Positions 9,961 through 18,361 of a stretch of DNA of 64,000 nucleotides are shown in pieces; positions within the stretch are counted from its first letter, which is position 1; each line of letters begins with the position of its first letter. The stretch is taken from NCBI GenBank assembly GCA_965218795.1, contig OZ244653.1, forward strand, positions 1,152,001-1,216,000. The letters are read 5' to 3'. Made by a program: the position numbers and the translations under genes. This DNA comes from a bacterium (GTDB lineage Bacteria > UBA8248 > JACPRG01 > G963555815). Under the pieces are notes generated by a model. The model worked only from the letters and a program-made list of their open reading frames with translations. It did no database searches and was not told the origin of the DNA.

Positions 9961-10055
9961 CTGGGCGGGTACGGAGCCCCGCCCTACTATTGTTCGAGCA
10001 TGAGGCTTGTTGTTTCGGGTCGATGACCTGGGCAGGTACGGAGTCCCGCTCCTAC
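9961..10055 (-). repeat. Two GTAG-type REP-like palindromes
   Basis: Minus strand reads GTAGGGCGGGGCTCCGTACCCGCCCAG (9961-9987) and GTAGGAGCGGGACTCCGTACCTGCCCAG (10028-10055): GTAG followed by an imperfect hairpin. Confidence 0.7.
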
Positions 10056-10108
10056 ATCAAAACGATGTGTTTTCGTTGGAGGGGAAAACGGAGGGGGTAT
10101 CGTACGCC

Positions 10109-10756
10109 ATGCCATTACGTCGCGTTGTGACCTGGATGCTCCTGACACTGGCGCTTTTTGCTTGCGCTGCGGAGAAGGAGGGGCCTTTTCGTCCGGACAC
10201 CTCCCCTGAACACAGGATCTTCCTCTTCTCGAACGGCTGGCACACGAGCATTCTCCTCGCCCGGCCCGATCCGGCCCCCGGACGTATCCCGGAAGCCGCT
10301 GATTTTCCCAAAGCCCGATATCTGGAGTTCGGCTGGGGCGATGCCGAGTACTACCCGGCGGAAAAAGCGACGCTCGGCATGACGCTCAGCGCCGGGCTGC
10401 TCCCTACTCCATCCGTCCTCCACGTCGCCGGTCTCGCCGCCGACCCGGTCCGCCACTACCCGGGCGCCGAGGTCGTCCCCCTTCCGCTTGACGGCGCGGG
10501 AATGCAGCGTCTTGTCGATTTCATCGACGCGAGCTTCAAACGGGACGGAAAGGCCCGGGCGGCCGCAATCGGGCCGGGACTGTACCCTTCAAGCCGATTC
10601 TATCCCGCCGTGGGCCGATTTCACCTTTTCAATACCTGCAACACGTGGACCGCCCGCGCTCTGAAGGCCGCGGGTTTCGATGTGGACCCGGACACGACAA
10701 GGGCCGAGGGTTTGATGCGTCAGGTGCGCCGGGGGCGAACCCCCGCGATCCGATAA
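10109..10756 (+). CDS. DUF2459 (TIGR02117-like) exported protein, probable lipoprotein
   Basis: NGWHTSILL, YLEFGWGD..YY, FHLFNTCNTWTARAL. Signal peptide ends LFAC. GGAGG RBS. Confidence 0.85.
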   Translation: MPLRRVVTWMLLTLALFACAAEKEGPFRPDTSPEHRIFLFSNGWHTSILLARPDPAPGRIPEAADFPKARYLEFGWGDAEYYPAEKATLGMTLSAGLLPTPSVLHVAGLAADPVRHYPGAEVVPLPLDGAGMQRLVDFIDASFKRDGKARAAAIGPGLYPSSRFYPAVGRFHLFNTCNTWTARALKAAGFDVDPDTTRAEGLMRQVRRGRTPAIR

Positions 10757-10779
10757 AAGGAATCCACAGAATGCGCAGA

Positions 10780-11097
10780 TCCAGGGGGGCTTTTTTGGAG
10801 GCAACGTGCCTCCGCGTTTTCGTGGTGCCCATCGGCGTTGCAGCCGGGCGGAATCGTGGAATTGAAATCATTCACCCTGATGCCCGGCGAAATCGGTGCA
10901 GGCCCCGCCTGCCCCCCCTGGCCCCCCGGAAAAACTTCATCTCGCGAAGACTGCCCGCGCCGCAGCGCGGGCAGTCTTCGCCGGAGCCATCATTTGCGTT
11001 CATTCCAATTGAGGCGGGCGTTTTATGCCCGCCTCGAGTGGGAAACAAAAGTTTTCGAGGGGGGTCTGGGGGGACAGTTTTCAAAATGTCCCCCCAG
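10780..11097. repeat. ~320-bp structured repeat, copy 2
   Basis: Same orientation as 4618-4953 and lacks its AAAAGTGTCCATACGTC-like insert. Supplies the stop codon of the Nmad3-like gene. Confidence 0.9.
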
Positions 11098-11995
11098 AGT
11101 CCTTACCCCAAAGCTGAGGATTTTCTCTGCGGATGGCCGAGAACAGGACGGATGCGGATTTCTTTCCCTGGGGAGTGTCAGGGTCGATGACCATCCGGCA
11201 GGACCGCGTGTAGGACCCGATCACCTGAAGCTCGGAACGGACGCTGTTTCCCCCCTGCCCCGATCTTTCCCAATCCCAGGGCCGGCCTTGGGCGTCCCGG
11301 AACACACGATCGGCCAGACGCCTGTCCACCCGGACGGCCCGCCTGAACCGAAGCGATCTTCTCGAGCCCGTAAACACCCAGAAGCCGTCAAAATGCCCGG
11401 GATCGACACGGCCCCGGAGGACGTGGGCGTTCCGGCCGACGCGGTTCTTCCATCGACCCTTCGGGCTCTCCCGGACTTCTCTCAGAATTTCCTCTATTTC
11501 AAACATCCCGGTCAGAAAGAACCCGCCTTCTTCGTGGACGAACCTCCCTTTCTGGAAAGGAACGAGGCGCGCCAGGAAAAAGAGCAAGTCCCCCGGGCGC
11601 ATCTGCTTGAGGCCGGCGGCCCGAGGGGCGTAGTGGCAAAGGTCCCCGTACGTCAAGTTTTCGAAGTCGGGATCCCGGTGCGCGCGCACATCATGGAAGC
11701 GATCCGGCAGGTACTCGCCAAGGTTGGCGAACCTTCGGTCTTCAAACCTCCGGCTGGCGGGCCTGCGGTCTGCAAATTCTCGGGAGGCGTCCCGGTTGAA
11801 GCAGGGGATATCGGCGTAGCGAGGCACCGGAGGGAACTGGAATTCCTTCCCTTCGGGAATCGGGACCAGCTCGAAGGTTCCGTCCGGAAAAAGCGGGCTT
11901 TGAACGGGATGCGACCGGTTGGCGCCTACATTCGCGAGGAAAATTCGCCCGGTGGGCCTTTGTCCGGGATTTTCGCCGGCCTTGCCCTTCGGCAT
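11081..11995 (-). CDS. Nmad3-like (nucleotide modification associated domain 3) protein
   Basis: NVGAN..H...SPLFPDGTFELVPIPE, HRDPDF..LTYGD, GDLLFFLARL and NAH motifs; family recalled from memory, not HMM-verified. Confidence 0.7.
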   Translation of the reverse strand: MPKGKAGENPGQRPTGRIFLANVGANRSHPVQSPLFPDGTFELVPIPEGKEFQFPPVPRYADIPCFNRDASREFADRRPASRRFEDRRFANLGEYLPDRFHDVRAHRDPDFENLTYGDLCHYAPRAAGLKQMRPGDLLFFLARLVPFQKGRFVHEEGGFFLTGMFEIEEILREVRESPKGRWKNRVGRNAHVLRGRVDPGHFDGFWVFTGSRRSLRFRRAVRVDRRLADRVFRDAQGRPWDWERSGQGGNSVRSELQVIGSYTRSCRMVIDPDTPQGKKSASVLFSAIRRENPQLWGKDSGGTF

Positions 11996-12018
11996 CAGGA
12001 ATCGGCTCTCATGGGGGA

Positions 12019-15000
12019 TCAGAAGCCGGAGGGAACCAGGAACGTCTCTTCCATCTCGGCCTTGTGTTCCTTGAACGCCAGGGCTTCGGGCGGGTTGGGG
12101 AAAACCTTCCAGAAGATCCGGCGGTAATGATCCCAGCGGGTCAGGATATCGAGCGCGTGGCGGCTTCCGGTCAGCTTGCGGTGCCGCTCGATCATTTCCT
12201 TCAGGAAATTTTCGTCCCAGGGATTGGAAAGGTGCTCCAGATTGACCATCTCGGCGTTCAGTCTGTCCGGGAAATGCCCTTCGGCGTCCAGCACATAGGC
12301 CAGGCCGCCGGACATCCCGGCGGCGAAGTTCCGGCCCGTGGACCCGAGAATGACCGCGCGGCCGCCCGTCATGTATTCACAGCCGTGGTCGCCGACGCCT
12401 TCGACAACCGCATCGGCGCCGCTGTTGCGGACGGCGAACCGTTCTCCCGCCCGGCCCGCGGCGAAAAGCTGTCCGCCGGTGGCCCCGTACAGGACGGCGT
12501 TACCGATGATGGAGCTGTCCTGGGACGGATATTTGGAGGCTTCATGCGGATGGAGGGAGATCAGGCCTCCGGCCATGCCCTTTCCGACATAATCATTCGC
12601 CTCGCCCTCGACATGGATTTCGACCCCTTTGGAGAGAAATGCTCCGAGACTCTGACCCGCCGAACCATTGAAGTTCAACTTTATCAAAATATCTTCAATA
12701 CCTTGATTTCCAAATTTTTTAGCGAGCTCACCTGAGATCCTGGTGCCGATGGCCCGGTCCACGTTTCGGATCTGCCGCTCAATCTCAATCGCCTGGCCTT
12801 CGAACGCCGCCCTGCATTCTCCCAGGATACCGTCATCGAAGGAGGCGCCGGGCCGGTCGTTCCGGTCGGCGGTACATTTTCGGTCGAATCGACCCTCGGG
12901 ATCCGGGTCCGCCAGAAAGCGCGAGAAATCAAGCTTGGACAGCTTGGGATTGCCCTCGGGCGGGCTGAACTCGAACAGGTCCGACCGGCCTATCGCCTCA
13001 TCCAGCGACCGGAAGCCCAACGTGCCGAGCAGGGTCCGGACTTCTTTGGCGACTCCCCTCAAGTAGGTGATGACGTCCTCCGGCGAACCCGTGAACTTGG
13101 CCCGCAAATCCCGATTCTGGGTAGCTATCCCTACCGGACAGGTATTCAGGTGGCATTGCCGCGCCATGATGCAGCCCTGGGCCACGAGCGGCGCCGTGCC
13201 GAAGTCATACCCCTCGGCTCCCAACAAGGCCGCGGTCACGACGTCCCGGCCGGTCTTGAGGCCACCGTCCACACGAAGGCGGACCCGGCCGCGAAGCCCG
13301 TTCATGACGAGAGTCTGCTGGGTCTCGGCCAGGCCCAGCTCCCAGGGCGATCCGGCATTCTTGATGGAGGTCCACGGAGAAGCCCCCGTGCCGCCGTCAT
13401 GTCCGCTGATGTGCACCACGTCGGCATACGCCTTGACGACGCCGGCGGCGATGGTGCCCACCCCCGCTTCGGAAACGAGCTTCACGTTCACCAGGGCCCG
13501 GGGATTCGACTGCTTCAGGTCGTAGATCAACTGGGCCAGGTCTTCGATGCTGTAGATGTCGTGATGGGGCGGCGGCGAGATGAGGGTCACGCCCGGCACG
13601 GAGTGACGAATGGCCGCGATATGCGTATCCACTTTGTGTCCGGGAAGCTGGCCGCCTTCGCCGGGCTTGGAGCCCTGGGCCATCTTGATCTGGATTTCAT
13701 CGGCCGCGGCCAAATACGCCGGAGTCACGCCAAACCGGGCCGATGCCACCTGCTTCACCCGGCTGTTGGGCCAGTCCCCGTTTTCGCGGACCCCGAACCT
13801 GTCGGGATCCTCACCGCCCTCGCCGGAATTGCTTCTCCCGCCGATGCGGTTCATGGCGATGGCCAGGGTCTCGTGGGCCTCCGGGCTCAGGGCCCCGAGG
13901 GACATCCCCGCCGTGCCGAATCGCTTCCAGATATCCTCGACGGGCTCGACCTCCTCCAACGGGACCCGGTCGGCCTCACCGGTCTCTCGAAATTTCAACA
14001 GGTCGCGGGGGCCGATGGGCGTCCGCCGGTTGACCAGCTCGGCGAACATGAGATAGGAGGCGTGATCCTTATCGCGAACGGCTTGATGGAGACCTTTGAC
14101 GACGGCCGGGTTGAAGGCATGGTATTCGGCGTGTCTTCGGTACCGGTATGTCCCCCCCTGCTTCAGCTTCGGCTGCCTTTTGTCCTGGAAGGCCTCCCGA
14201 TGACGGGCGAGGACTTCCTCCGCGAGATCGTCGAATCCCACGCCGCCCAGGTGGGAGGGGGTTTCCGGGAAGCAGCGATCCATGACCTCCCCGCCCAAGC
14301 CGATCGCCTCGAAGTTCCGGGCGCCGAAGTAGCTGCTCAGGCAGGAGATCCCCAACTTGGACATCACCTTGAGCAACCCTTTTTCCACCACCCGGATAAA
14401 AGCGTGGATGGCTTCTTCCGAAGAAAGCTCCCCTTTTGCTTTTTCGGCCAGATCCACCACAGCGGACAGGGCAAGGTAGGGATGAACGCTGCTGGCGCCG
14501 CACCCCGTCAACACGGCAAAATGATGGACTTCACGGGGTTCGCCCGAATCCACGACCAGGCTCGCCCTCATCCTGCATCCCTTGCGGATCAGGTGGTTGT
14601 GGACCGCGCTCACGGCCAGCAGCATGGGGATCGGCGCCAGAAGCGGACCGACCCCACGGTCGCTCAGGATCAGGATCGTCTTTCCGGACTGGACGGCGGC
14701 AACGGCCGAATCGCACAGGCTGTCCAGAGCGCGCCGAAGCTCTCCGGGTCCGCCCGCCGAATCGAACAGACAATGGATCGTCTGGGGCTGAAGGTCCGGC
14801 TCGTTCAGTCCGCGCATCGCATGGAGCTCTTCCGCGCGAAGGATCGGCGTGGCCAGGTGAACCTGCCTCGCATGATCCTCGGTCTCCTGAAGGAGGCTTC
14901 GCCGGACGCCCAGGTACCGGCTGAGGGACATCACGACCTTTTCGCGGACCGGGTCGATGGGCGGGTTCGTCACCTGCGCGAACCGCTGCTTGAAGTAGTC

Positions 15001-16545
15001 GTAGACGAGCCGGGGCTGGTCGGACAGGACGGCCAGGGGCGTGTCGTCCCCCATGGAACCGGTCGGCTCCTTCCCCTCGATACCCATCTCTTTGAGAACG
15101 TACGACATCTCCTCCGCGGTGTAGCCAAAAGCCTTCTGGAGGGGCAAATTCGCGTCCGCCGACTCTTCCGTTCCCCGATTCGGGCGAGGCTTCACGTAAT
15201 CCTTCAGTTCGACCATATGCTGCTTGATCCACCGGCCGTACGGCCGGCGAACGAAATAGGGCCTCTTGGCGTCCTGATCGGGGAGAATCTCGCCTTTCGC
15301 GGTATCCACCGAGATGATCTCCCCGGGGTTCAGCTGCCCCTTTCTGAGGACCCGGCTCTCGTCGATCTCGACCAGACCCGTCTCCGACCCCATGACCACC
15401 ACACCGTCGGTCGTGATGGTATACCGGGCGGGGCGGAGGCCGTTCCGGTCGAGGATGGCGCCTACGGTCACTCCATCGGAAAAAGTGATGGCCGCAGGAC
15501 CGTCCCAGGGCTCGCAGAGGCAGGAGTGATAATGGTAAAAGGCGCGGGCTTCGGCGGGCATGTGGGGCATGTTCTCCCACGCCTCGGGGATCAGCATCAT
15601 GACGCCGTGCGTCAGGGCGCGCCCGGATACCTTGAGGACCTCCAGCGCGTTGTCCAGGCTCAGCGAATCGCTCCCCACCTGGCTGACAAGCGGACGCATC
15701 TCTTCGACCGTCTCACGCCACACCGGCGATCGAAGCTCCGGCTCCCGCGAGCTCATCCAGTTCCGGTTCCCCTGGATTGTGTTGATCTCGCCGTTGTGAC
15801 CTAGATAGCGGAACGGCTGGGCGAGCTCCCAGGACGGGAACGTGTTGGTGCTATAACGCTGATGGAACATGGCGATGGCGGTTTCGAATCCCGAATCCTG
15901 AAGGTCCGGGTAGAAACCCGGCAACTGGGATGCCACCATCAACCCTTTGTAAACAATGGTCTTATTTGAAAGGGAAGAAACGTACAGATCGGACAGACCT
16001 TCAGCTTCGACATGCTTCTCGATGGACTTCCGAATGAGGTAGAGCCTGCGCTCGAAGGCGTCCTCCGACATCAGGCCGGGCCTGCTGAGAAGGGCCTGGC
16101 GGATCTCAGGCTGCGATTGGGCCGCCTGTTTTCCCAGCGCGGATGGGTCCACCGGAACTTCCCGCCACCCCAGGAAATCCAGCTGATACTCCTCCACCGC
16201 TTGCTCCGCGATCTCCAAAGAGCGCATCAAACGGGCGGGATTGCGGGGCAAGAAGAACATGCCCACGGCCAGATCGGACGGGTCATGGATGTACTGACCA
16301 AGCCGCTCCACCTCTCGCTCGAACAACTGGAACGGAATCTGCGTCAGAACGCCCGCCCCGTCGCCAGTGCCCGCATCGGCGGCCACCGCACCGCGGTGGG
16401 TTACATTTTCCACACAGGACAGCGCCATCTGGAGGATCCGGTGGGACCGCGCCCCGCTCGAATCCGCTACGAAGCCCACACCGCAGCTGTCATGCTCCAT
16501 CCAGGGCTCATAGAGCAGGTTGGCCAGGGGTCGATGTCCTCTCAT
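12019..16545 (-). CDS. gltB: Glutamate synthase large subunit
   Basis: CGVGF Ntn start, HQRYSTNTFPSW, EPWDGPA, SNSGEGGE, QIKMAQGSKPGEGGQLPG, CIMARQCHLNTC, and C-terminal GXGXG domain. Start codon uncertain (16545-16605). Confidence 0.98.
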   Translation of the reverse strand: MRGHRPLANLLYEPWMEHDSCGVGFVADSSGARSHRILQMALSCVENVTHRGAVAADAGTGDGAGVLTQIPFQLFEREVERLGQYIHDPSDLAVGMFFLPRNPARLMRSLEIAEQAVEEYQLDFLGWREVPVDPSALGKQAAQSQPEIRQALLSRPGLMSEDAFERRLYLIRKSIEKHVEAEGLSDLYVSSLSNKTIVYKGLMVASQLPGFYPDLQDSGFETAIAMFHQRYSTNTFPSWELAQPFRYLGHNGEINTIQGNRNWMSSREPELRSPVWRETVEEMRPLVSQVGSDSLSLDNALEVLKVSGRALTHGVMMLIPEAWENMPHMPAEARAFYHYHSCLCEPWDGPAAITFSDGVTVGAILDRNGLRPARYTITTDGVVVMGSETGLVEIDESRVLRKGQLNPGEIISVDTAKGEILPDQDAKRPYFVRRPYGRWIKQHMVELKDYVKPRPNRGTEESADANLPLQKAFGYTAEEMSYVLKEMGIEGKEPTGSMGDDTPLAVLSDQPRLVYDYFKQRFAQVTNPPIDPVREKVVMSLSRYLGVRRSLLQETEDHARQVHLATPILRAEELHAMRGLNEPDLQPQTIHCLFDSAGGPGELRRALDSLCDSAVAAVQSGKTILILSDRGVGPLLAPIPMLLAVSAVHNHLIRKGCRMRASLVVDSGEPREVHHFAVLTGCGASSVHPYLALSAVVDLAEKAKGELSSEEAIHAFIRVVEKGLLKVMSKLGISCLSSYFGARNFEAIGLGGEVMDRCFPETPSHLGGVGFDDLAEEVLARHREAFQDKRQPKLKQGGTYRYRRHAEYHAFNPAVVKGLHQAVRDKDHASYLMFAELVNRRTPIGPRDLLKFRETGEADRVPLEEVEPVEDIWKRFGTAGMSLGALSPEAHETLAIAMNRIGGRSNSGEGGEDPDRFGVRENGDWPNSRVKQVASARFGVTPAYLAAADEIQIKMAQGSKPGEGGQLPGHKVDTHIAAIRHSVPGVTLISPPPHHDIYSIEDLAQLIYDLKQSNPRALVNVKLVSEAGVGTIAAGVVKAYADVVHISGHDGGTGASPWTSIKNAGSPWELGLAETQQTLVMNGLRGRVRLRVDGGLKTGRDVVTAALLGAEGYDFGTAPLVAQGCIMARQCHLNTCPVGIATQNRDLRAKFTGSPEDVITYLRGVAKEVRTLLGTLGFRSLDEAIGRSDLFEFSPPEGNPKLSKLDFSRFLADPDPEGRFDRKCTADRNDRPGASFDDGILGECRAAFEGQAIEIERQIRNVDRAIGTRISGELAKKFGNQGIEDILIKLNFNGSAGQSLGAFLSKGVEIHVEGEANDYVGKGMAGGLISLHPHEASKYPSQDSSIIGNAVLYGATGGQLFAAGRAGERFAVRNSGADAVVEGVGDHGCEYMTGGRAVILGSTGRNFAAGMSGGLAYVLDAEGHFPDRLNAEMVNLEHLSNPWDENFLKEMIERHRKLTGSRHALDILTRWDHYRRIFWKVFPNPPEALAFKEHKAEMEETFLVPSGF

Positions 16546-16694
16546 TCGAAGGCTGTTCTCCGTGGATCGCATCAGTTTCCAATGACCTGAGCTTGATAAA
16601 ATCATGAACCCTATCAGAGAAAATCGGGAGGCCGGAACGGGTCCTGATTTATATAATTTTTACATTCATAAATATAATTTAACTCATTGATTTA

Positions 16695-17024
16695 TCATAT
16701 TTTATTTACATAATTTATCAGCTTATCGAGCGCCTCGCCATTGATGTTGGGGAATTTCGGCATCCGACCGGTTCCCGCCCGGACCCTTTCCCTGACTTGC
16801 TTCGGACCCAAGCCTCTTGCCTTGAGCCGCGGAGCCAAAGCCGTCCCCGCTCCCGACGCCCCGTGACATTTCGCGCAGGCCTCCAAATAGATGATTCGAC
16901 CATCTTCGGATCTTGGCTTGTAGGCATCGACCGGCGTTGGGATCCCCTGAACCAAAGACACAATGAGCACCGTCAGACCGGCTACCGCGACGAGCGACAA
17001 TCCGAGCATCAAACCCGGCTTCAT
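16695..17024 (-). CDS. Membrane-anchored class I cytochrome c
   Basis: N-terminal TM helix, CAKCH heme motif, and distal MP. Confidence 0.88.
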   Translation of the reverse strand: MKPGLMLGLSLVAVAGLTVLIVSLVQGIPTPVDAYKPRSEDGRIIYLEACAKCHGASGAGTALAPRLKARGLGPKQVRERVRAGTGRMPKFPNINGEALDKLINYVNKI

Positions 17025-17791
17025 CCGATCTGCCCTTTCCTGGCCGGCAACAGGTGATCCCTCAACTCGACAAAGGATGAAATTTCAAAATCGGGATGAA
17101 CTTCTCCCGGGACTTCCTGACCCTTCCAATTGATCCAGAAAACGCTCATTCCGGCCTTTTTGGCGCCCAGGACGTCGGTTTCGTAGGTGTCGCCGATGTA
17201 AACGCATTCGGCGGACCGTACCCCCATATCGGCAGCCATGCCCTGGAACACCCCGGGGTGGGGCTTCCGCCAGCCCAAAGCGTCTGAGATTGCGACCTTA
17301 ACAAAATAATCCCGGAGCCCCATGTCGTCGATCATTTCTTCCGCCGCGGGCGCATAGTCGAAGTTCGAGAGCAGACCGAGGGGGCAACTTCCACGGAGCT
17401 CCTCCAAAAGCGCCCGATGTTCCTCGGGCAGATAGGCGCAGCCCAGAAGCGCCCGCATGTGTTCCTTCACCAATTGTTCGACAAACTCCGGCGCGTGAAA
17501 TTCCGTGCGCTCCGGCACCAATATCTGCAAGACACGGAAAAACCGATGGGTCGCCGAAAACTCCTTGCCGGCCTCTTTTTGAAGCCGCATCTCTTCGTCC
17601 GCCTGGGATAATGCGTCAAAGAAATGCTCCCACTGAATGTCCAGACATTTCTCGAGAAGGATTTGAAAGGTTACGCCCATCGTGGTGCGGCGCGCTTTTC
17701 CGTTCACGACGATCTCGGGCATCTTCGTATAGTCGAACAGGACCACGGTATCGAACAGATCGAAGATAATCGCTTGATACCGCACACTCAT
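17021..17791 (-). CDS. HAD-family hydrolase
   Basis: IIFDLFDT, LLSN, WRKPHP, YIGD...DVLGA. Start trimmed to MSVRY. Confidence 0.88.
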   Translation of the reverse strand: MSVRYQAIIFDLFDTVVLFDYTKMPEIVVNGKARRTTMGVTFQILLEKCLDIQWEHFFDALSQADEEMRLQKEAGKEFSATHRFFRVLQILVPERTEFHAPEFVEQLVKEHMRALLGCAYLPEEHRALLEELRGSCPLGLLSNFDYAPAAEEMIDDMGLRDYFVKVAISDALGWRKPHPGVFQGMAADMGVRSAECVYIGDTYETDVLGAKKAGMSVFWINWKGQEVPGEVHPDFEISSFVELRDHLLPARKGQIG

Positions 17792-18231
17792 ACTCCCGCA
17801 ACCATCAAATCCGCGAACCGGCCGGACCGGGCAAAGATGACTGAAATCACATGATTTCCGGCGTGAAAGGAACACCCGTGCATCGAATATACAGAATCGC
17901 CCCCGGCTTGCGCCAGAAAATGCGGAATGCGAGGGGGGGTATGCCGGACACCGCTTGCAGGCGGACTTTCTCAGGCCCGATGATTCATGTAGGATCATCC
18001 AGCCCCGGAAGTGCAGGTCCATCTCCGATGCCAGGCTCCTTTGGGGAATCGGCCGCTCAGACATGATCTCATTCGACCCGGCTTACCTTTTCACATCAAC
18101 CCAGTTGGCGGTCGTTATCGTCTTCATGGATTTCATGGTCGGATTCATCGATCAAACGGCCAAAAAGCTCGGACTCACCTCCGGGCGCGGGGAAGCCTCC
18201 GGCTGCGGAAAACGATTTGCAATCCAGCCCG

Positions 18232-18260
18232 TTGACACCCTCTGTGTGGACACATAGATT
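18232..18260 (+). promoter_or_regulatory. Probable sigma70 promoter of the RND operon
   Basis: TTGACA-17 bp-TAGATT about 100 bp upstream of the adaptor gene. Confidence 0.6.
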
Positions 18261-18361
18261 CGAAATGAGCCATGACCATTTGGATACCATTGGATAAGGA
18301 TCTTCAGAAACCGTTTTCATCTCCCTGGATCCGTCCAACCTGATCCACGAAAGGCCTGAAC

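Noticed and set aside
13150-15804. 884-aa plus-strand ORF and similar long ORFs (27807-29660, 49732-52074, 61834-63495)
   Set aside because: Antisense shadows of well-supported genes in high-GC DNA, with no family motifs.
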